Part shown: positions 20,425 through 31,016 of the stretch, piece by piece
Layout of the letters: every line of letters begins with the position of its first letter
Position numbering within the stretch: the stretch's first letter is position 1
Assembly (NCBI GenBank): GCA_028284775.1
Contig: JANQRB010000074.1
Location: forward strand, 3,256-67,255
Reading direction: 5' to 3'
Length of the DNA stretch: 64,000 nucleotides
DNA from: Candidatus Kapaibacterium sp.
Lineage (GTDB): Bacteria; Bacteroidota; Ignavibacteria; Kapaibacteriales; UBA7675
The notes under the pieces: model-generated
Database searches by the model: none
What the model was told of the DNA's origin: nothing
The model's input: the letters and a program-made list of their open reading frames with translations, nothing else
Translations under genes and position numbers: made by a program

Positions 20425-23109
20425 ATGAGGATTTCCCGGATGCTACTCCCAAAACTGCTTGTTGCCTGTCTGGTGTTCATGATATTTTCAGCCTCATTGC
20501 AGGCACGCGAAAGCGGCAGTATAAGCGGTACAATCACTAATCTCGAAACGGGCGAGCCCTTGGGCGGAGTGTATTTGACGCTGCTGGGGACCGGACGCGG
20601 CGCCATCAGTACGGCTGCCGGAAGTTATCGGATCAACCTTTCTCCGGGCCTGTATACCTTGCGCGCGAGTCTGCTGGGCTATCGGCCGGAAGAGAAGGAG
20701 ATACGCGTCACGGCGGGCGAAGAGTCTATTGTTAATTTTGCCCTGGAACAGAGCGTCATCCAGTTTGGCGAAGTAGCCGTGACGCTCGGTTCGCGAACCG
20801 AGCGCATTGCCGTGGAAACTGCCGTACCAATCGACGTTATCGGCGCACAGTCGATCGAGGAATCAGGTTACGCCAACCTCAGTCAGGTCCTTCAATTTCT
20901 TGCGCCCTCATTTAATTCGTCACCGCAAACTGTTTCGGACGGAACTGATCATATCGATCCGGCCAGCCTGCGCGGCCTTGGACCGGATCAGGTATTGGTT
21001 TTGATAAACGGCAAACGACGTCATTCCTCGGCGCTGGTCAATGTTAATGGTACGGTCGGCCGCGGATCGGTGGGTACCGACTTTAACGCAATCCCGACAG
21101 CTGCCATCGAGCGGATCGAAATTCTGCGTGACGGCGCATCTGCTCAATATGGGTCGGATGCAATTGCCGGTGTGATAAATGTCCAGTTAAAGACACAAAC
21201 CGATGAGATCAGCGTCGACCTCATGAGCGGTATCACCGGCGAGGGCGATGGTGAAACGATTCGGTTTAACAGTAACTACGGTATTCCCATCGGTGAATTC
21301 GGCTATTTCAATGTTACTGCTGAATATCGCGATCGCCAGCCGACGAACCGTGCCGGCACGTATACAGGGCCGGTCTACAGTCAGGATGAAGCCGAAGACG
21401 AAGCATTGATAGCCGAACGCGGCTTTGATCGCGAAGCTATGAAAATCGGCAGTGCCAAGTCCCTGAATGCCGGACTGTTTTTCAATTCCTCGCTGCCTAT
21501 CAGCGACGAAGCCGACATCTACGCATTTGGCGGCACGAATTTCCGCAGCGGCAGAGGATTCGGTTTCTATCGCTATCCTTTCGAGGAGGCAAAGGTAAAT
21601 CTCGGTATTTATCCCGATGGTTTTTTGCCGGAGATTCACACGCTTATTCGTGACAATGCCATCACTGTGGGAGTCGATGGCCTCAATGATGATTGGATCA
21701 GCGATCTGAGTATTACGCACGGCAGCAATGCTTTCGCCTACAAAGTGCGCAACTCACTCAATGCCTCGCTCGGAGCGGATTCCCCCCTCGAATTTGACGC
21801 CGGCTCACTTAACTTTTCGCAAACCAGCGTAAACCTGGATGTTATCACATTTGTGATGCCGGAAGGCTTTCTCATTCCATTGTCGGTAGCCCTGGGTGCT
21901 GAGTTTCGCGTTGAAAACTACCGTATCGAAGCAGGTGAGGAAGCCTCGTACCTGCTGGGAACGGATACGACGTCCACCGGCGACCCGAAATTCCCGGGTG
22001 CGCAGGTATTTCCCGGTTTTCAGCCGTCGAACGAAGTTGACGAGTACCGGAGTAATGCAGCGTTCTTTCTCGACCTCGAAAGCGACATTGCCGATGATCT
22101 ACTGCTGAACCTCGCCGGTCGTTTCGAAAACTATAGTGATTTCGGCAGTAATGTCAGTGCCAAGCTGGCCGGACGCTGGTCGATGATGGAAGCGCTGGCG
22201 CTCCGAGCAGCCTTCAGTACGGGATTCCGGGCCCCGTCATTGCATCAGCTGTACTTTAACAACATCAGCACACAATTCGTAGAGGACGAAGATACGGGCG
22301 ATCTTGTGGCCCGGCAGGTACTTACCAGCAATAACAGCAGTCCGGTAACCCGTTCTTTCGGCATCCCCGATCTCAAAGAAGAACAGTCACTTAACTTCAG
22401 CGCCGGCATCAGCAGTCGACCGCTCGAAAACTTATCGCTCACTATCGATTTTTATCGGATCGATATCGAGGACCGTATTGTACTCTCAGGCCGTTTCAGC
22501 AGGAACGATCCTACGGTCGCGGCGCTGCTTGAGCCGTTCAGCGGAGTCAGCGCGGCTCAGTTTTTCACTAATGCCGTCGACACCAAAACCCAGGGCGTCG
22601 ATATTGTGCTTTCCTATGGTGTTGAGCTGGGCGGCGGCGACCTTGAATTGACCGCGGCGGCCAATCTGACCGAGACCGAAATCGACGGAGCCGTCAAGAC
22701 CTCTGCTGAGTTGCAAGGATTGGAAGAGACGCTGTTTAACCGTGAAGAGCGTTCGCGTCTGGAGCTAGCACAACCCGGACTTAAGTCATCCCTGGGCGCC
22801 AGATACCAGATTGATGATTTCACGGCGCGGGCGCGCCTCAGTTACTTTGGTGAAATCGACTATGTCCATCCGACACTCCCGGCAAACGACCAGACCTTCA
22901 GCGCGCAATCGCTGCTTGATGTCGAGCTCGCCTATGCGCTGACTCGCGGCTTGAAGCTGCGTCTCGGCGGAAACAACATCTTCAATGTCTTTCCGGATGA
23001 AAATATTCCCGCCAATACCAGCAGCGGACGCTTTGTCTATAGCCGGCGTGTGACGCAATTTGGGTTTAACGGCGGGTTTTACTACGCTGGACTTGATGTA
23101 CGGCTCTAA
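20425..23109 (+). CDS. TonB-dependent outer-membrane receptor with an N-terminal carboxypeptidase-regulatory-like (CarbopepD_reg) domain, i.e. SusC/RagA-like architecture.
   Basis: Signal peptide. SGTITNLETGEPLGGVYLTL...GSYRI resembles CarbopepD_reg. The plug has the TonB box and the IEILRDGASAQYGSDAIAGVINV motif. The C-terminal beta-barrel ends in a terminal aromatic-type motif (GLDVRL). Confidence 0.85.
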   Translation: MRISRMLLPKLLVACLVFMIFSASLQARESGSISGTITNLETGEPLGGVYLTLLGTGRGAISTAAGSYRINLSPGLYTLRASLLGYRPEEKEIRVTAGEESIVNFALEQSVIQFGEVAVTLGSRTERIAVETAVPIDVIGAQSIEESGYANLSQVLQFLAPSFNSSPQTVSDGTDHIDPASLRGLGPDQVLVLINGKRRHSSALVNVNGTVGRGSVGTDFNAIPTAAIERIEILRDGASAQYGSDAIAGVINVQLKTQTDEISVDLMSGITGEGDGETIRFNSNYGIPIGEFGYFNVTAEYRDRQPTNRAGTYTGPVYSQDEAEDEALIAERGFDREAMKIGSAKSLNAGLFFNSSLPISDEADIYAFGGTNFRSGRGFGFYRYPFEEAKVNLGIYPDGFLPEIHTLIRDNAITVGVDGLNDDWISDLSITHGSNAFAYKVRNSLNASLGADSPLEFDAGSLNFSQTSVNLDVITFVMPEGFLIPLSVALGAEFRVENYRIEAGEEASYLLGTDTTSTGDPKFPGAQVFPGFQPSNEVDEYRSNAAFFLDLESDIADDLLLNLAGRFENYSDFGSNVSAKLAGRWSMMEALALRAAFSTGFRAPSLHQLYFNNISTQFVEDEDTGDLVARQVLTSNNSSPVTRSFGIPDLKEEQSLNFSAGISSRPLENLSLTIDFYRIDIEDRIVLSGRFSRNDPTVAALLEPFSGVSAAQFFTNAVDTKTQGVDIVLSYGVELGGGDLELTAAANLTETEIDGAVKTSAELQGLEETLFNREERSRLELAQPGLKSSLGARYQIDDFTARARLSYFGEIDYVHPTLPANDQTFSAQSLLDVELAYALTRGLKLRLGGNNIFNVFPDENIPANTSSGRFVYSRRVTQFGFNGGFYYAGLDVRL

Positions 23110-23179
23110 CGAGGGCAAGAGCGCAGCAAGCCGCAATGGCCAGATATTGATGAGAGCGACGCGTTAAGCCGAAGCCGAC

Positions 23180-23794
23180 ATGGATTTGAACCGACAGTTG
23201 CGACTGTCAGATCGCCTTAAAATCACTCGTCACAACGAGACCTTTGTCCACAAAAATATGAATTACCGATTTCAGCCTGTCACCCGGGATAGCTGGTCCG
23301 ACCTGGAAGGACTCTTTGAGAGCAGGGGAGGCCCGCACTATTGCTGGTGCACGGCCTGGCGTACGCTGGACAAAAGAAAGGCGAAACCCGACAAAGCCGC
23401 CAAAAAAGCTGTTATGCATCAACAGGTACATGAAGGCATGGCTGTGGGCATTCTGGCTTATGCGGACGAAGAAGCCGTGGCCTGGTGCTCAATCGCGGCA
23501 CGCGAATCATACAAAAATCTGGGCGGAAGTGAAACGAAGGGCACTGTCTGGTCGCTGGTCTGTTTTTATGTTAAAAAAGCCTACAGGAAACAAGGCCTCA
23601 CAAAACTCCTGCTTGATGAGGCCATTGCCTACGCGCGACGGAATGGCGCTGACTACATCGAAGCGTATCCCGTGGATACCAGCTCGCCCAGCTATCGATT
23701 CATGGGTCTCAGACCAATGTTCGAACAGGCCAACTTTTCTTTCGTTAAGATGGCCGGAACACGACGCAATGTTATGTTGCTTGCCCTGAAGTGA
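23180..23794 (+). CDS. GNAT-family N-acetyltransferase. An internal start at MNYRFQ is possible.
   Basis: Acetyl-CoA-binding motif region VKKAYRKQGLTKLLLDEAIAYARRNGADYIEAYP (R/Q-x-x-G-x-G/A pattern). Confidence 0.65.
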   Translation: MDLNRQLRLSDRLKITRHNETFVHKNMNYRFQPVTRDSWSDLEGLFESRGGPHYCWCTAWRTLDKRKAKPDKAAKKAVMHQQVHEGMAVGILAYADEEAVAWCSIAARESYKNLGGSETKGTVWSLVCFYVKKAYRKQGLTKLLLDEAIAYARRNGADYIEAYPVDTSSPSYRFMGLRPMFEQANFSFVKMAGTRRNVMLLALK

Positions 23795-24108
23795 TGGCAC
23801 CGGCTACATTCCTCTCAGCCAATCGGCTTGCGCATTTAAGGCTGCAGGCCGTCGTAATTTCTTTCAAGCTTTGGCTCTCAATCGCCAAGTACTGACAATT
23901 GAGTATGCCCCGTCTATAAGGCCCAAGCGCAGTATTGCGCGATACAGGAAATGCGATGATTATTTTGCGTCCATTTTAGCTTTGTTTTGTATATTTTTTT
24001 GCCAAATTGTTGCGATATAACACTTCGGCAAAGATACAACACAATTCACACTGTCTTCCCAGCCATGGAGGGCTCGTTTTTTAAACAGTTCGAATTCGAC
24101 TCCAACAG

Positions 24109-25737
24109 ATGGCTTATCGGGTAACGCGCTCCGAGGCAGACCAGGCGTCCATTGACTCTCCCGTCCGAATGTATCGGAAGATATATGAACTATTGTTTGC
24201 CAGTCCTTCGGAAGCGATTCAAGAAGCGGAAAGATGTATTGTCACGCTTTCCGAGGCCGCTACTCCACCCAATGCGCGTGTGGTGTTTCGCTTGTTAAGT
24301 TATTGCTGTGAAGCCTGCTCATACCTGAACTCTGAAAAACTGCTGCTGAGCTATGTTGATCGTATCAAGTCTCTCTGGCCGCAGATATCGCATACGGTAG
24401 ATAGAGTATTCTACCTCCAACAGATAGGTGCCTGTTATTATCAGGCGGGATTGAAAATAGAGGCGATAAAATACCTCGAAGCTGTAATGCCCTTGTCGGA
24501 AGAGTACAAACTTTCAGACTCTGAAATCAGTCAGACGCTCCACCTGCTGGGTTTAGTGAATTTTTGTAGCGGTCAGTATATCGTTGCGCTTGAATACTAT
24601 CACCGGCTCCTGCGACTCGTTCCGGAATCTGACACTAGCCTTGAAAACTGCCCGCTGTACTGCAATCTGGCCGAAATTTACGCTGCATTGAGTCAGCACA
24701 GTGAGGCCATGAAGTTTTTCGAGCTGGGGCTGGCATCCGCCAGAGCCGGTGGCAGGCCCGTTGTGTTATCACAGATGCTTACTTTTCTGGCCGAATATTA
24801 CATCAAAATCAGGCGCCAAATGGATGCCGCACGGTGTATTGCCGAATCGCAAGAGCTTTCAGTGCTCAACGGATTTAGCTACATGCGCGATCTGAATGTC
24901 CTTCTCCTGGCCCGCATTCGCATTCTTAACAATGATTGTGATCTTGCTCTGCAAATGGTCGAGCACCTGTTATTCACCGCTAAAACATCAAACCATCAAC
25001 CATTGTTTAAGTTAATGTGCACTGAAACGCTGGGTCAGATATACGAAGTAACGGGGGCTCACCTACGTGCGCGCGATGTCTTTCTTCGCATGGCGGATCT
25101 GGCTGCTCAACTGGGTCTGCAGCGCGAGCTTGCGGAAGCCTACGGTCATCTATCCGCAATAGAAGAACAGCGGGGCGCATTCGCTCAGGCACTACTTTTT
25201 TATAAAACATCGACAAGTATATGGCTCGGTATTACGGGCCCGGCGATACAGAAGCAATTGGCGGATATCGCCAGACTCCGCGAGCTTCAATTTGAAAACA
25301 AGCTTCTCGACGATGACCCGAACAAGACAAATTTTCGACTATCAAGAAGCGCACAGAAAGTTGCAGAGGACTCGAGATTCCAGCAGGTTTTGAGGACGCT
25401 GAGGCAGGCAGATCATACTAATGCGATGATCAGTGAATCGCCTGGTATTGCATCCGACGGCCACAGCATATCCAACAAAGCAGGTATTCACTTACTGTCT
25501 TCCGACGACAACCGAATGCTGGCTCTGTTAAAATTGAATCTGCTTAGTCGCGCGCCGAATCTCAGTCAAATGGAAACCAAAATTTGTCTGCTTATTGCCC
25601 GAGGCTTACAGTCAAAGGAAATTGCCGATGCGCTGAGTAAGTCGGTGGAGACGGTAAACTCACATCGCAAGAGTATCCGCAAAAAGCTGAAACTCGCGCG
25701 GGGCGAAAATCTGTTTCGATGCCTCAGAGCCATGTAG
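24109..25737 (+). CDS. TPR-like + LuxR-HTH transcriptional regulator, a close paralog of 40561..42186.
   Basis: C-terminal LuxR/GerE HTH ETKICLLIARGLQSKEIADALSKSVETVNSHRKSIRKKLKL. Long collinear identity blocks with the 40561 product, for example CPLYCNLAEIYAALSQH.../CPQFCNLAEAYAAMGRQ... and SARAGGRPVVLSQMLT/SARAGKQPVVLLQMLT. Confidence 0.75.
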   Translation: MAYRVTRSEADQASIDSPVRMYRKIYELLFASPSEAIQEAERCIVTLSEAATPPNARVVFRLLSYCCEACSYLNSEKLLLSYVDRIKSLWPQISHTVDRVFYLQQIGACYYQAGLKIEAIKYLEAVMPLSEEYKLSDSEISQTLHLLGLVNFCSGQYIVALEYYHRLLRLVPESDTSLENCPLYCNLAEIYAALSQHSEAMKFFELGLASARAGGRPVVLSQMLTFLAEYYIKIRRQMDAARCIAESQELSVLNGFSYMRDLNVLLLARIRILNNDCDLALQMVEHLLFTAKTSNHQPLFKLMCTETLGQIYEVTGAHLRARDVFLRMADLAAQLGLQRELAEAYGHLSAIEEQRGAFAQALLFYKTSTSIWLGITGPAIQKQLADIARLRELQFENKLLDDDPNKTNFRLSRSAQKVAEDSRFQQVLRTLRQADHTNAMISESPGIASDGHSISNKAGIHLLSSDDNRMLALLKLNLLSRAPNLSQMETKICLLIARGLQSKEIADALSKSVETVNSHRKSIRKKLKLARGENLFRCLRAM

Positions 25738-25932
25738 ATTCCTCGGAGCAAGGATGTCGCATCTCCCTAAAAGGCAGCCTCATTAGAATATGGATTGTTC
25801 TCGGGATCGGAACTTGTGCCGGAAAAAAGATATGAGGATAATTCGCAGCTTTACAACTTCTTATGTAGATTACAATGGCTATTCGATGTAAAGAGCGAGA
25901 AGTAAATAGAATTCATCCGGCGGAAACAACGA

Positions 25933-26337
25933 GTGTCGAAACAACAATTAGCGTCAGGCAAGACTTTCAGCTTTGCCCGATTTGCAAGAAATTGGAATAT
26001 CGGGCTTGTGCTGGGAATAGTATTTCTCTTGTTGCAGGCGGCATTGGTCATTCAAGCGCAATTCGTCAACACCCGCTATTTCTGTTGGGCGCCTCACACC
26101 ATTCAGGCGCAATACACGCTCCGTGTTGAGATCGACGGCAAAATTCTCAGTGAAGATGATGTTAAGAAGCGCTATCATTTGAAGGGATTCGGATGGGAGG
26201 CTCATTCTATTCATAATGTGTTTGCGCTTCTGGAACAACACGAAGAAACCTACGGCAAAAAGGATCAGGCGCGCCTGACATTGGAGTATCGTGTCAATGG
26301 CGGTGACCGACATACATGGATCTGGCCTAAACAATGA
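25933..26337 (+). CDS. Small single-pass membrane protein of unknown function, first gene of cluster A.
   Basis: One TM segment (IGLVLGIVFLLLQAALVI) followed by a soluble ~90 aa domain. Its stop overlaps the next start (ATGA). Confidence 0.4.
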   Translation: MSKQQLASGKTFSFARFARNWNIGLVLGIVFLLLQAALVIQAQFVNTRYFCWAPHTIQAQYTLRVEIDGKILSEDDVKKRYHLKGFGWEAHSIHNVFALLEQHEETYGKKDQARLTLEYRVNGGDRHTWIWPKQ

Positions 26338-27425
26338 TGCGTAACTTACTGCATGCCGCTAATCCGCTGCGTTGCACGGACAAGTCCCTGCCGCCTGTGC
26401 TGGTTGTTGTCGCAAAAATCCTGGCCCTGGTCCTTATTATCCGCGGCGATCAGCCATTTGAGCTCTATTTGCCATACTTTGAATTCATCGATTCAATAGC
26501 CGCTCCTGAACTTTTCCATTTGGCCTTGCGCGGCATGACATACACAGGATTTGTCCTGTTATTCTTTACTCCGCTGTTGCGCTCGGGCTGCCTGCTCGTC
26601 GGTGCAGCATTCCTGATCGGTCTACTCAGCTGCCGTCCCTGCTTGTCCGTTGCACATACCTATGTAGCGGCATTATTTATTATTCTCGCGCTGAGCAGCA
26701 ATGCCTCTGGCAGCCGGCTGCTGCGTCTGCAAGTCGTGATGCTCTATGCGGGCGCCTGTCTAAACAAGCTGCGCGATGCCGACTGGTGGAACGGTCAGTA
26801 TTTTGAGACTCTGATGGTCACGAGGCACGCCCACGAGCTGTACATAGCAACTGCGGCCCTGTTTCCGCCCATGATGCTTTCCACAGTCATGGGCATTATT
26901 ACAATTTTTGTTCAGCTCGCATTGAGCATTTGTTTTCTCAGGCGCAGCTGGTATAATACCGGCATCGTACTCGGCTTAACATTTCACGGCGTGATGATCA
27001 TTCTGATGAACGGCACCTTCGGTCCGTTTTTTATGGCCATTGTAATCTCCTATCTGGCATTTGTCGAGTGGCCCGAACAAATTCAGATTAGTTCGGAAGG
27101 CTCCGTCTGGAAACAACGTCTGCAAAAAGCACTGTCTGCAATTGATTTCGACCGACTCTACCATAAAGTTCATCAAGGTGGCGCAGGTCCGAGTCGACTC
27201 CAGATTACTCTGAACGGCAGATCCTACTATGGATTTGCCGCCTTCCAGCTCCTGGTTTTTTATAATCCCATTATTATGGCTTTTGCGGCATTCGTCTTGA
27301 CGGAATCACATTTCGGTGTGTTTCGCAGATTCATCGTACTCTTTCTGCTCGTATTCTTCAGTCCGCTAATGACCCGTTTTGTCGAGTTCATTCAGACGGG
27401 CAGTTTGGCTAAGGCAACGAAATAG
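26334..27425 (+). CDS. Polytopic membrane protein, HTTM-like, homologous to 2464..3711.
   Basis: Multiple TM helices. Conserved Lys/His-containing core shared with the 2464..3711 product. Translationally coupled to the upstream small membrane protein gene. Confidence 0.45.
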   Translation: MMRNLLHAANPLRCTDKSLPPVLVVVAKILALVLIIRGDQPFELYLPYFEFIDSIAAPELFHLALRGMTYTGFVLLFFTPLLRSGCLLVGAAFLIGLLSCRPCLSVAHTYVAALFIILALSSNASGSRLLRLQVVMLYAGACLNKLRDADWWNGQYFETLMVTRHAHELYIATAALFPPMMLSTVMGIITIFVQLALSICFLRRSWYNTGIVLGLTFHGVMIILMNGTFGPFFMAIVISYLAFVEWPEQIQISSEGSVWKQRLQKALSAIDFDRLYHKVHQGGAGPSRLQITLNGRSYYGFAAFQLLVFYNPIIMAFAAFVLTESHFGVFRRFIVLFLLVFFSPLMTRFVEFIQTGSLAKATK

Positions 27426-27621
27426 CGGCTCCGCTGTAAAGGCTTGAACATCTGACGGCAGAGGCAGCCGATCAAGTTCTCGAATTCAACATTTCGCCTG
27501 CGCTGCCTGAGACAGGCAAGATGTATATTCAGCTTGCAAGGGCTATTGTAAGTTCGGAAAGGAAGTTCGACCCAATTTGGTATATTACGGATCTTCATTA
27601 TTAAAGTAAGTCGAGTCTTAG

Positions 27622-28449
27622 ATGTATCTCGGTCAGATCTCGGAAAATCTGAGTCTTATGGATTCAGGAATTTGGCGATCCGCGGCAACACGCGATATCT
27701 CATATCCGATGGAAGGAAATGAAATCTGTTTTTCGATTGAGAATGACTCATTCTGGTATCAGCACAGGAGCAGCTGCATCGTGGAAGCGATCAGGGCGCA
27801 TCGACCCGACGGAGCAATAGTTGATGTTGGCGGAGGTAATGGTATAGTTTCGTTGGAGCTTCAGAGGCAGGGAATGGATGTTTACCTATTGGAACCGGGG
27901 TATCAGGGAGTTCTTAACGCAAAGAAGCGCGGGCTCAGGCATGTCATCAACTCGAGCCTTGAAGACGCAGGCTTTAAGCCTTCGGTCTTACCCGCTGTCG
28001 GACTGTTTGACGTATTGGAGCATATTGAAGACGATGCTGCATTTTTGCAACTAATAAACAGAATTCTTGTCCGTGGCGGCAAACTATATTTATCAGTTCC
28101 GGCTTACAATTTTCTATGGTCTCGAAACGACGAGCACTTGGGGCACTTTAGAAGATACAGTCTTTCAACTCTGACTCAACGGCTAAAAAGTGCAGGCTTT
28201 ATACCGGATTATTTAACATACTATTTTCAAGCACTGCCGCTGCCCATATTTCTTACTCGAACACTGCCGGGAAAGTTGGGCTTTTTCAAAGAAATTAGCC
28301 CCGAGCACAAACGCAGAGAGCACGGAGTGAAGTCGAAAAGACTGCGATCGATTGTCGCCAGGAGTCTGAAGAGAGAAGTTCGGTGTATCAGACGACAAAA
28401 ACAGATACGCTTTGGCGCCTCCTGTCTGGTCGTTGCCAGCAAGGCATAA
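27622..28449 (+). CDS. Class I SAM-dependent methyltransferase.
   Basis: Motif I IVDVGGGNGIVSLEL, an acidic residue at the end of beta2 (YLLEP), and post-I motifs LFDVLEHIED ... GGKLYLSVP. Confidence 0.7.
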   Translation: MYLGQISENLSLMDSGIWRSAATRDISYPMEGNEICFSIENDSFWYQHRSSCIVEAIRAHRPDGAIVDVGGGNGIVSLELQRQGMDVYLLEPGYQGVLNAKKRGLRHVINSSLEDAGFKPSVLPAVGLFDVLEHIEDDAAFLQLINRILVRGGKLYLSVPAYNFLWSRNDEHLGHFRRYSLSTLTQRLKSAGFIPDYLTYYFQALPLPIFLTRTLPGKLGFFKEISPEHKRREHGVKSKRLRSIVARSLKREVRCIRRQKQIRFGASCLVVASKA

Positions 28450-28486
28450 GGTAAAACCCCGTAAAGAACGCCGAGGGTTATTGTTT

Positions 28487-29326
28487 ATGCGTGAATGTCA
28501 ATTACTGCTCTTCTCAACGGATGAACACACGATTGCAGCTTCCGACGCCGGGGGAGTAGCGGGTTATATCGTCGATTGGGAATGTAAAGGGAAAGCCGGA
28601 CGCCAAAGCAGATTAGATACCCAGATTAACCACAACAGCCTGGAAGACTTGATTCGGGTGAGATCCGCAACGGATAAGCTAGTACTCTGCCGTGTTAACA
28701 ATTTCGCAACCTGCGTTCGCGAGCGAAATAAAGAGATTGATCTGGCGGTAGACAATGGCGCTGACGAAATACTGCTGCCTATGGTTCGCAGTGTGAGGGA
28801 AGTTGAGAATGTGTTGGATCACATTAACTCGCGTTGCGATCTTGGAATCCTGATCGAGACTTGTGAATCTGTGGCACTTGCCAGGGAATTGGGCGAATTA
28901 CCGCTATCCAGAGTGTACCTGGGTCTCAATGATCTTGCCATAGAACGCAATACACGAAACATCTTCAGCGCATTGGAAGACGGCACCGTCGATCGCGTCA
29001 GACAGCAGGTGCGCGCACCTTTTGGTTTTGCCGGTCTTACTCTGCCCGAGAAAGGCTATCCGATACCCTGTCGGCTTCTCATGAGCGAACTGGTTCGCCT
29101 TACTTGTTCCTTCACTTTTCTTCGTCGCACTTTCCTTGCCGACACACAGGATCGGAATCTCACACTGGAAATTCCGCGAATACTGGATGCACTTAGCGAT
29201 ACAAATAATTATTCCGACAACGAACTAGAATCACAGCGTTTGTGGATCAACGAAGTAATTCGAGAGAGCGCTCCATATTTCCAGAACAAGGGAGGCCGGG
29301 AGCGTGAAGATTTTATTGATGTATAG
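28487..29326 (+). CDS. HpcH/HpaI aldolase / citrate-lyase-beta-like TIM-barrel protein. The start is taken at MRECQLLLF; the longer ORF 28412.. overlaps the upstream gene.
   Basis: Collinear with the family pattern: LLLFSTDE (lfvPg), GADEILLPMVRSVREVENV (d.i.lPKv.s.e.v), LGILIETCESVALARELGELP (l.liEt..gv.n..eIa), LGLNDLAIE (G..Dl). Confidence 0.5.
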   Translation: MRECQLLLFSTDEHTIAASDAGGVAGYIVDWECKGKAGRQSRLDTQINHNSLEDLIRVRSATDKLVLCRVNNFATCVRERNKEIDLAVDNGADEILLPMVRSVREVENVLDHINSRCDLGILIETCESVALARELGELPLSRVYLGLNDLAIERNTRNIFSALEDGTVDRVRQQVRAPFGFAGLTLPEKGYPIPCRLLMSELVRLTCSFTFLRRTFLADTQDRNLTLEIPRILDALSDTNNYSDNELESQRLWINEVIRESAPYFQNKGGREREDFIDV

Positions 29327-30257
29327 CCCCGGCGCTCATCACTTCGAGGCTCTAAGGGAGGCTGCCCCGTCTGCACAGCTTGCTGTTGCGGAAAGCTTGG
29401 CCAGTGCCGCAGAGCAGATTAAAGATGCCGATGTCGTTATGGGTAACCGTTATTTTCTTCAGTCCTTACCCTATGCTCGGAATCTGTCCTGGATGCAGTC
29501 CGGTTCAATGGGCGTCGACACAATTCTTGAGGGCGGCGGCACGGCAATACGGGATCTGACAATAACAAGCTGTCGCGGTGTGTACGATAGCGAGATAGCG
29601 GAGCACGCGCTTTCATTGATCCTCGCCTTTTACCGGGGTGTTCATCTGGCCAGAGATTATCAGCGGCAGGGCTGTTGGAAGCGAATTCCGCTTCGCTCTC
29701 TGGCCGGCACACGTGCCTTGATTCTCGGTTGGGGCGGCGTCGGCCAACGCATTGCGCACTACATGCGCGCGCTTAATGTCAGGGTACAAGGTGTACGGCG
29801 CAGGCATAACGGCGCTCCGCAGAAAAATTCAGATGGTTTTTTGATTTGGGGCGCCGACTCCTGGCGCGATGCGCTGCCGCAGACAGATATCCTGGTGCTT
29901 GCTTTACCAAAAACCGCGCAGACGCATCACCTGGTTTCGCGGCCGGAACTAAACGGACTGCCGCGCGATGCGCTGCTGGTTAATGTGGGCAGAGGCGGAA
30001 CGCTCGACGAAACCGCGCTGCATCTGACACTCGACGAAGGGCACCTGCTGGGAGCGGCCCTGGACGTGTTTGAGCATGAACCATTACCCGAACATCACTG
30101 GATCTGGACACACGAAAAGATTCTGATAACGCCGCATTGGGCCAGGAGTATCGAAACGCCGCCTTACCGATGGGAACCGTTGTTCGTTGAAAATCTTCGA
30201 CGCTTTTATCAAGGAGAGGTTCTGCTCAATGTTGTCGACAAATGCGCAGGATATTGA
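29304..30257 (+). CDS. D-isomer-specific 2-hydroxyacid dehydrogenase family, NAD(P)-binding.
   Basis: Rossmann motif LILGWGGVGQRIA, then LVNVGRGGTLDETAL ... AALDVFEHEP and the catalytic-loop His in ITPHWA, matching the PGDH/hydroxypyruvate reductase-type family. Confidence 0.8.
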   Translation: MKILLMYSPGAHHFEALREAAPSAQLAVAESLASAAEQIKDADVVMGNRYFLQSLPYARNLSWMQSGSMGVDTILEGGGTAIRDLTITSCRGVYDSEIAEHALSLILAFYRGVHLARDYQRQGCWKRIPLRSLAGTRALILGWGGVGQRIAHYMRALNVRVQGVRRRHNGAPQKNSDGFLIWGADSWRDALPQTDILVLALPKTAQTHHLVSRPELNGLPRDALLVNVGRGGTLDETALHLTLDEGHLLGAALDVFEHEPLPEHHWIWTHEKILITPHWARSIETPPYRWEPLFVENLRRFYQGEVLLNVVDKCAGY

Positions 30258-31014
30258 AGCTTTGAGCGTCGTTGTACCTGTGTACAACAATGCACAGACA
30301 CTTGTCACGCTTATCAGCAGACTGAGAGAGGCACTCGAGCCCCTTAGACTTCCTTTTGAATTCATTTTTGTGGTTGATGCAAGCCCGGATGACTCTCTAA
30401 AAGTGCTAAAGCGGACCGCCGAAGTCGACAAGGCAGTAAAGATATTGGCATTAGAAAGGAACCTTGGCCAGAACTGGGCTATATTGATCGGTTTGGCGAA
30501 TGCCAGTGGAGACGCCATTGCAACCCTCGACGCAGATCTGCAGGATCCCCCCGAAGCAATTCCGACGCTGGTTCAGACCCTAGGCAAGGGCGCCGATGTT
30601 GTGTTTGGCGGACGACGAGGAGATTACGAATCTCGGCCGCGATTACTTGGCTCCAGGATTTTCAAAAGACTTGTTCACTTGCTTTCGGGTACTGAGATTC
30701 CTCACGACGCCGGGCTCTTTCTCGTGATGAAAAAGGTCATGGCGAAACACTTGTTGACGTACCGAATACATGATCCTTACGTTATCGCCTTGATGAGCCG
30801 GACGGAATTTTGTCTCAAATCAATCCCGGTGCGGAGGTCCTTGTCTCCTGACAGCGGGTCATCATACACCACACGAACAAGATTTGTGCTGGCGTGGAAG
30901 GCTCTTGCAACTCTATTTCGAGTTCGCCAATCAGCGTTTGGGGATCGACAAACAACGATCTCCGCACGAATCTCCCGGGATTTTGAGCCCCTGTTAATAA
31001 AGTACAATTTCTAA
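30229..31014 (+). CDS. Family 2 glycosyltransferase of the polyprenyl-phosphate sugar synthase type (DPM1/ArnC/GtrB-like). The start is taken at MLSTNAQ.
   Basis: LSVVVPVYNNAQTL, VVDASPDDS (DxD-type), ERNLGQNWAILIGLANASGDAIATLDADLQDPPEAIP are typical GT2 (GT-A fold) motifs. Overlaps the upstream dehydrogenase gene. Confidence 0.8.
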   Translation: MLSTNAQDIEALSVVVPVYNNAQTLVTLISRLREALEPLRLPFEFIFVVDASPDDSLKVLKRTAEVDKAVKILALERNLGQNWAILIGLANASGDAIATLDADLQDPPEAIPTLVQTLGKGADVVFGGRRGDYESRPRLLGSRIFKRLVHLLSGTEIPHDAGLFLVMKKVMAKHLLTYRIHDPYVIALMSRTEFCLKSIPVRRSLSPDSGSSYTTRTRFVLAWKALATLFRVRQSAFGDRQTTISARISRDFEPLLIKYNF

Positions 31015-31016
31015 AA

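Noticed and set aside
28412-28486. Longer N-terminal extension of the HpcH-like gene (MAPPVWSLPARHKVKPRKERRGLLF...).
   Set aside because: It overlaps the 3' end of the upstream methyltransferase gene and is Arg/Pro-rich. The internal start at 28487 gives a protein that begins right at the conserved family N-terminus.
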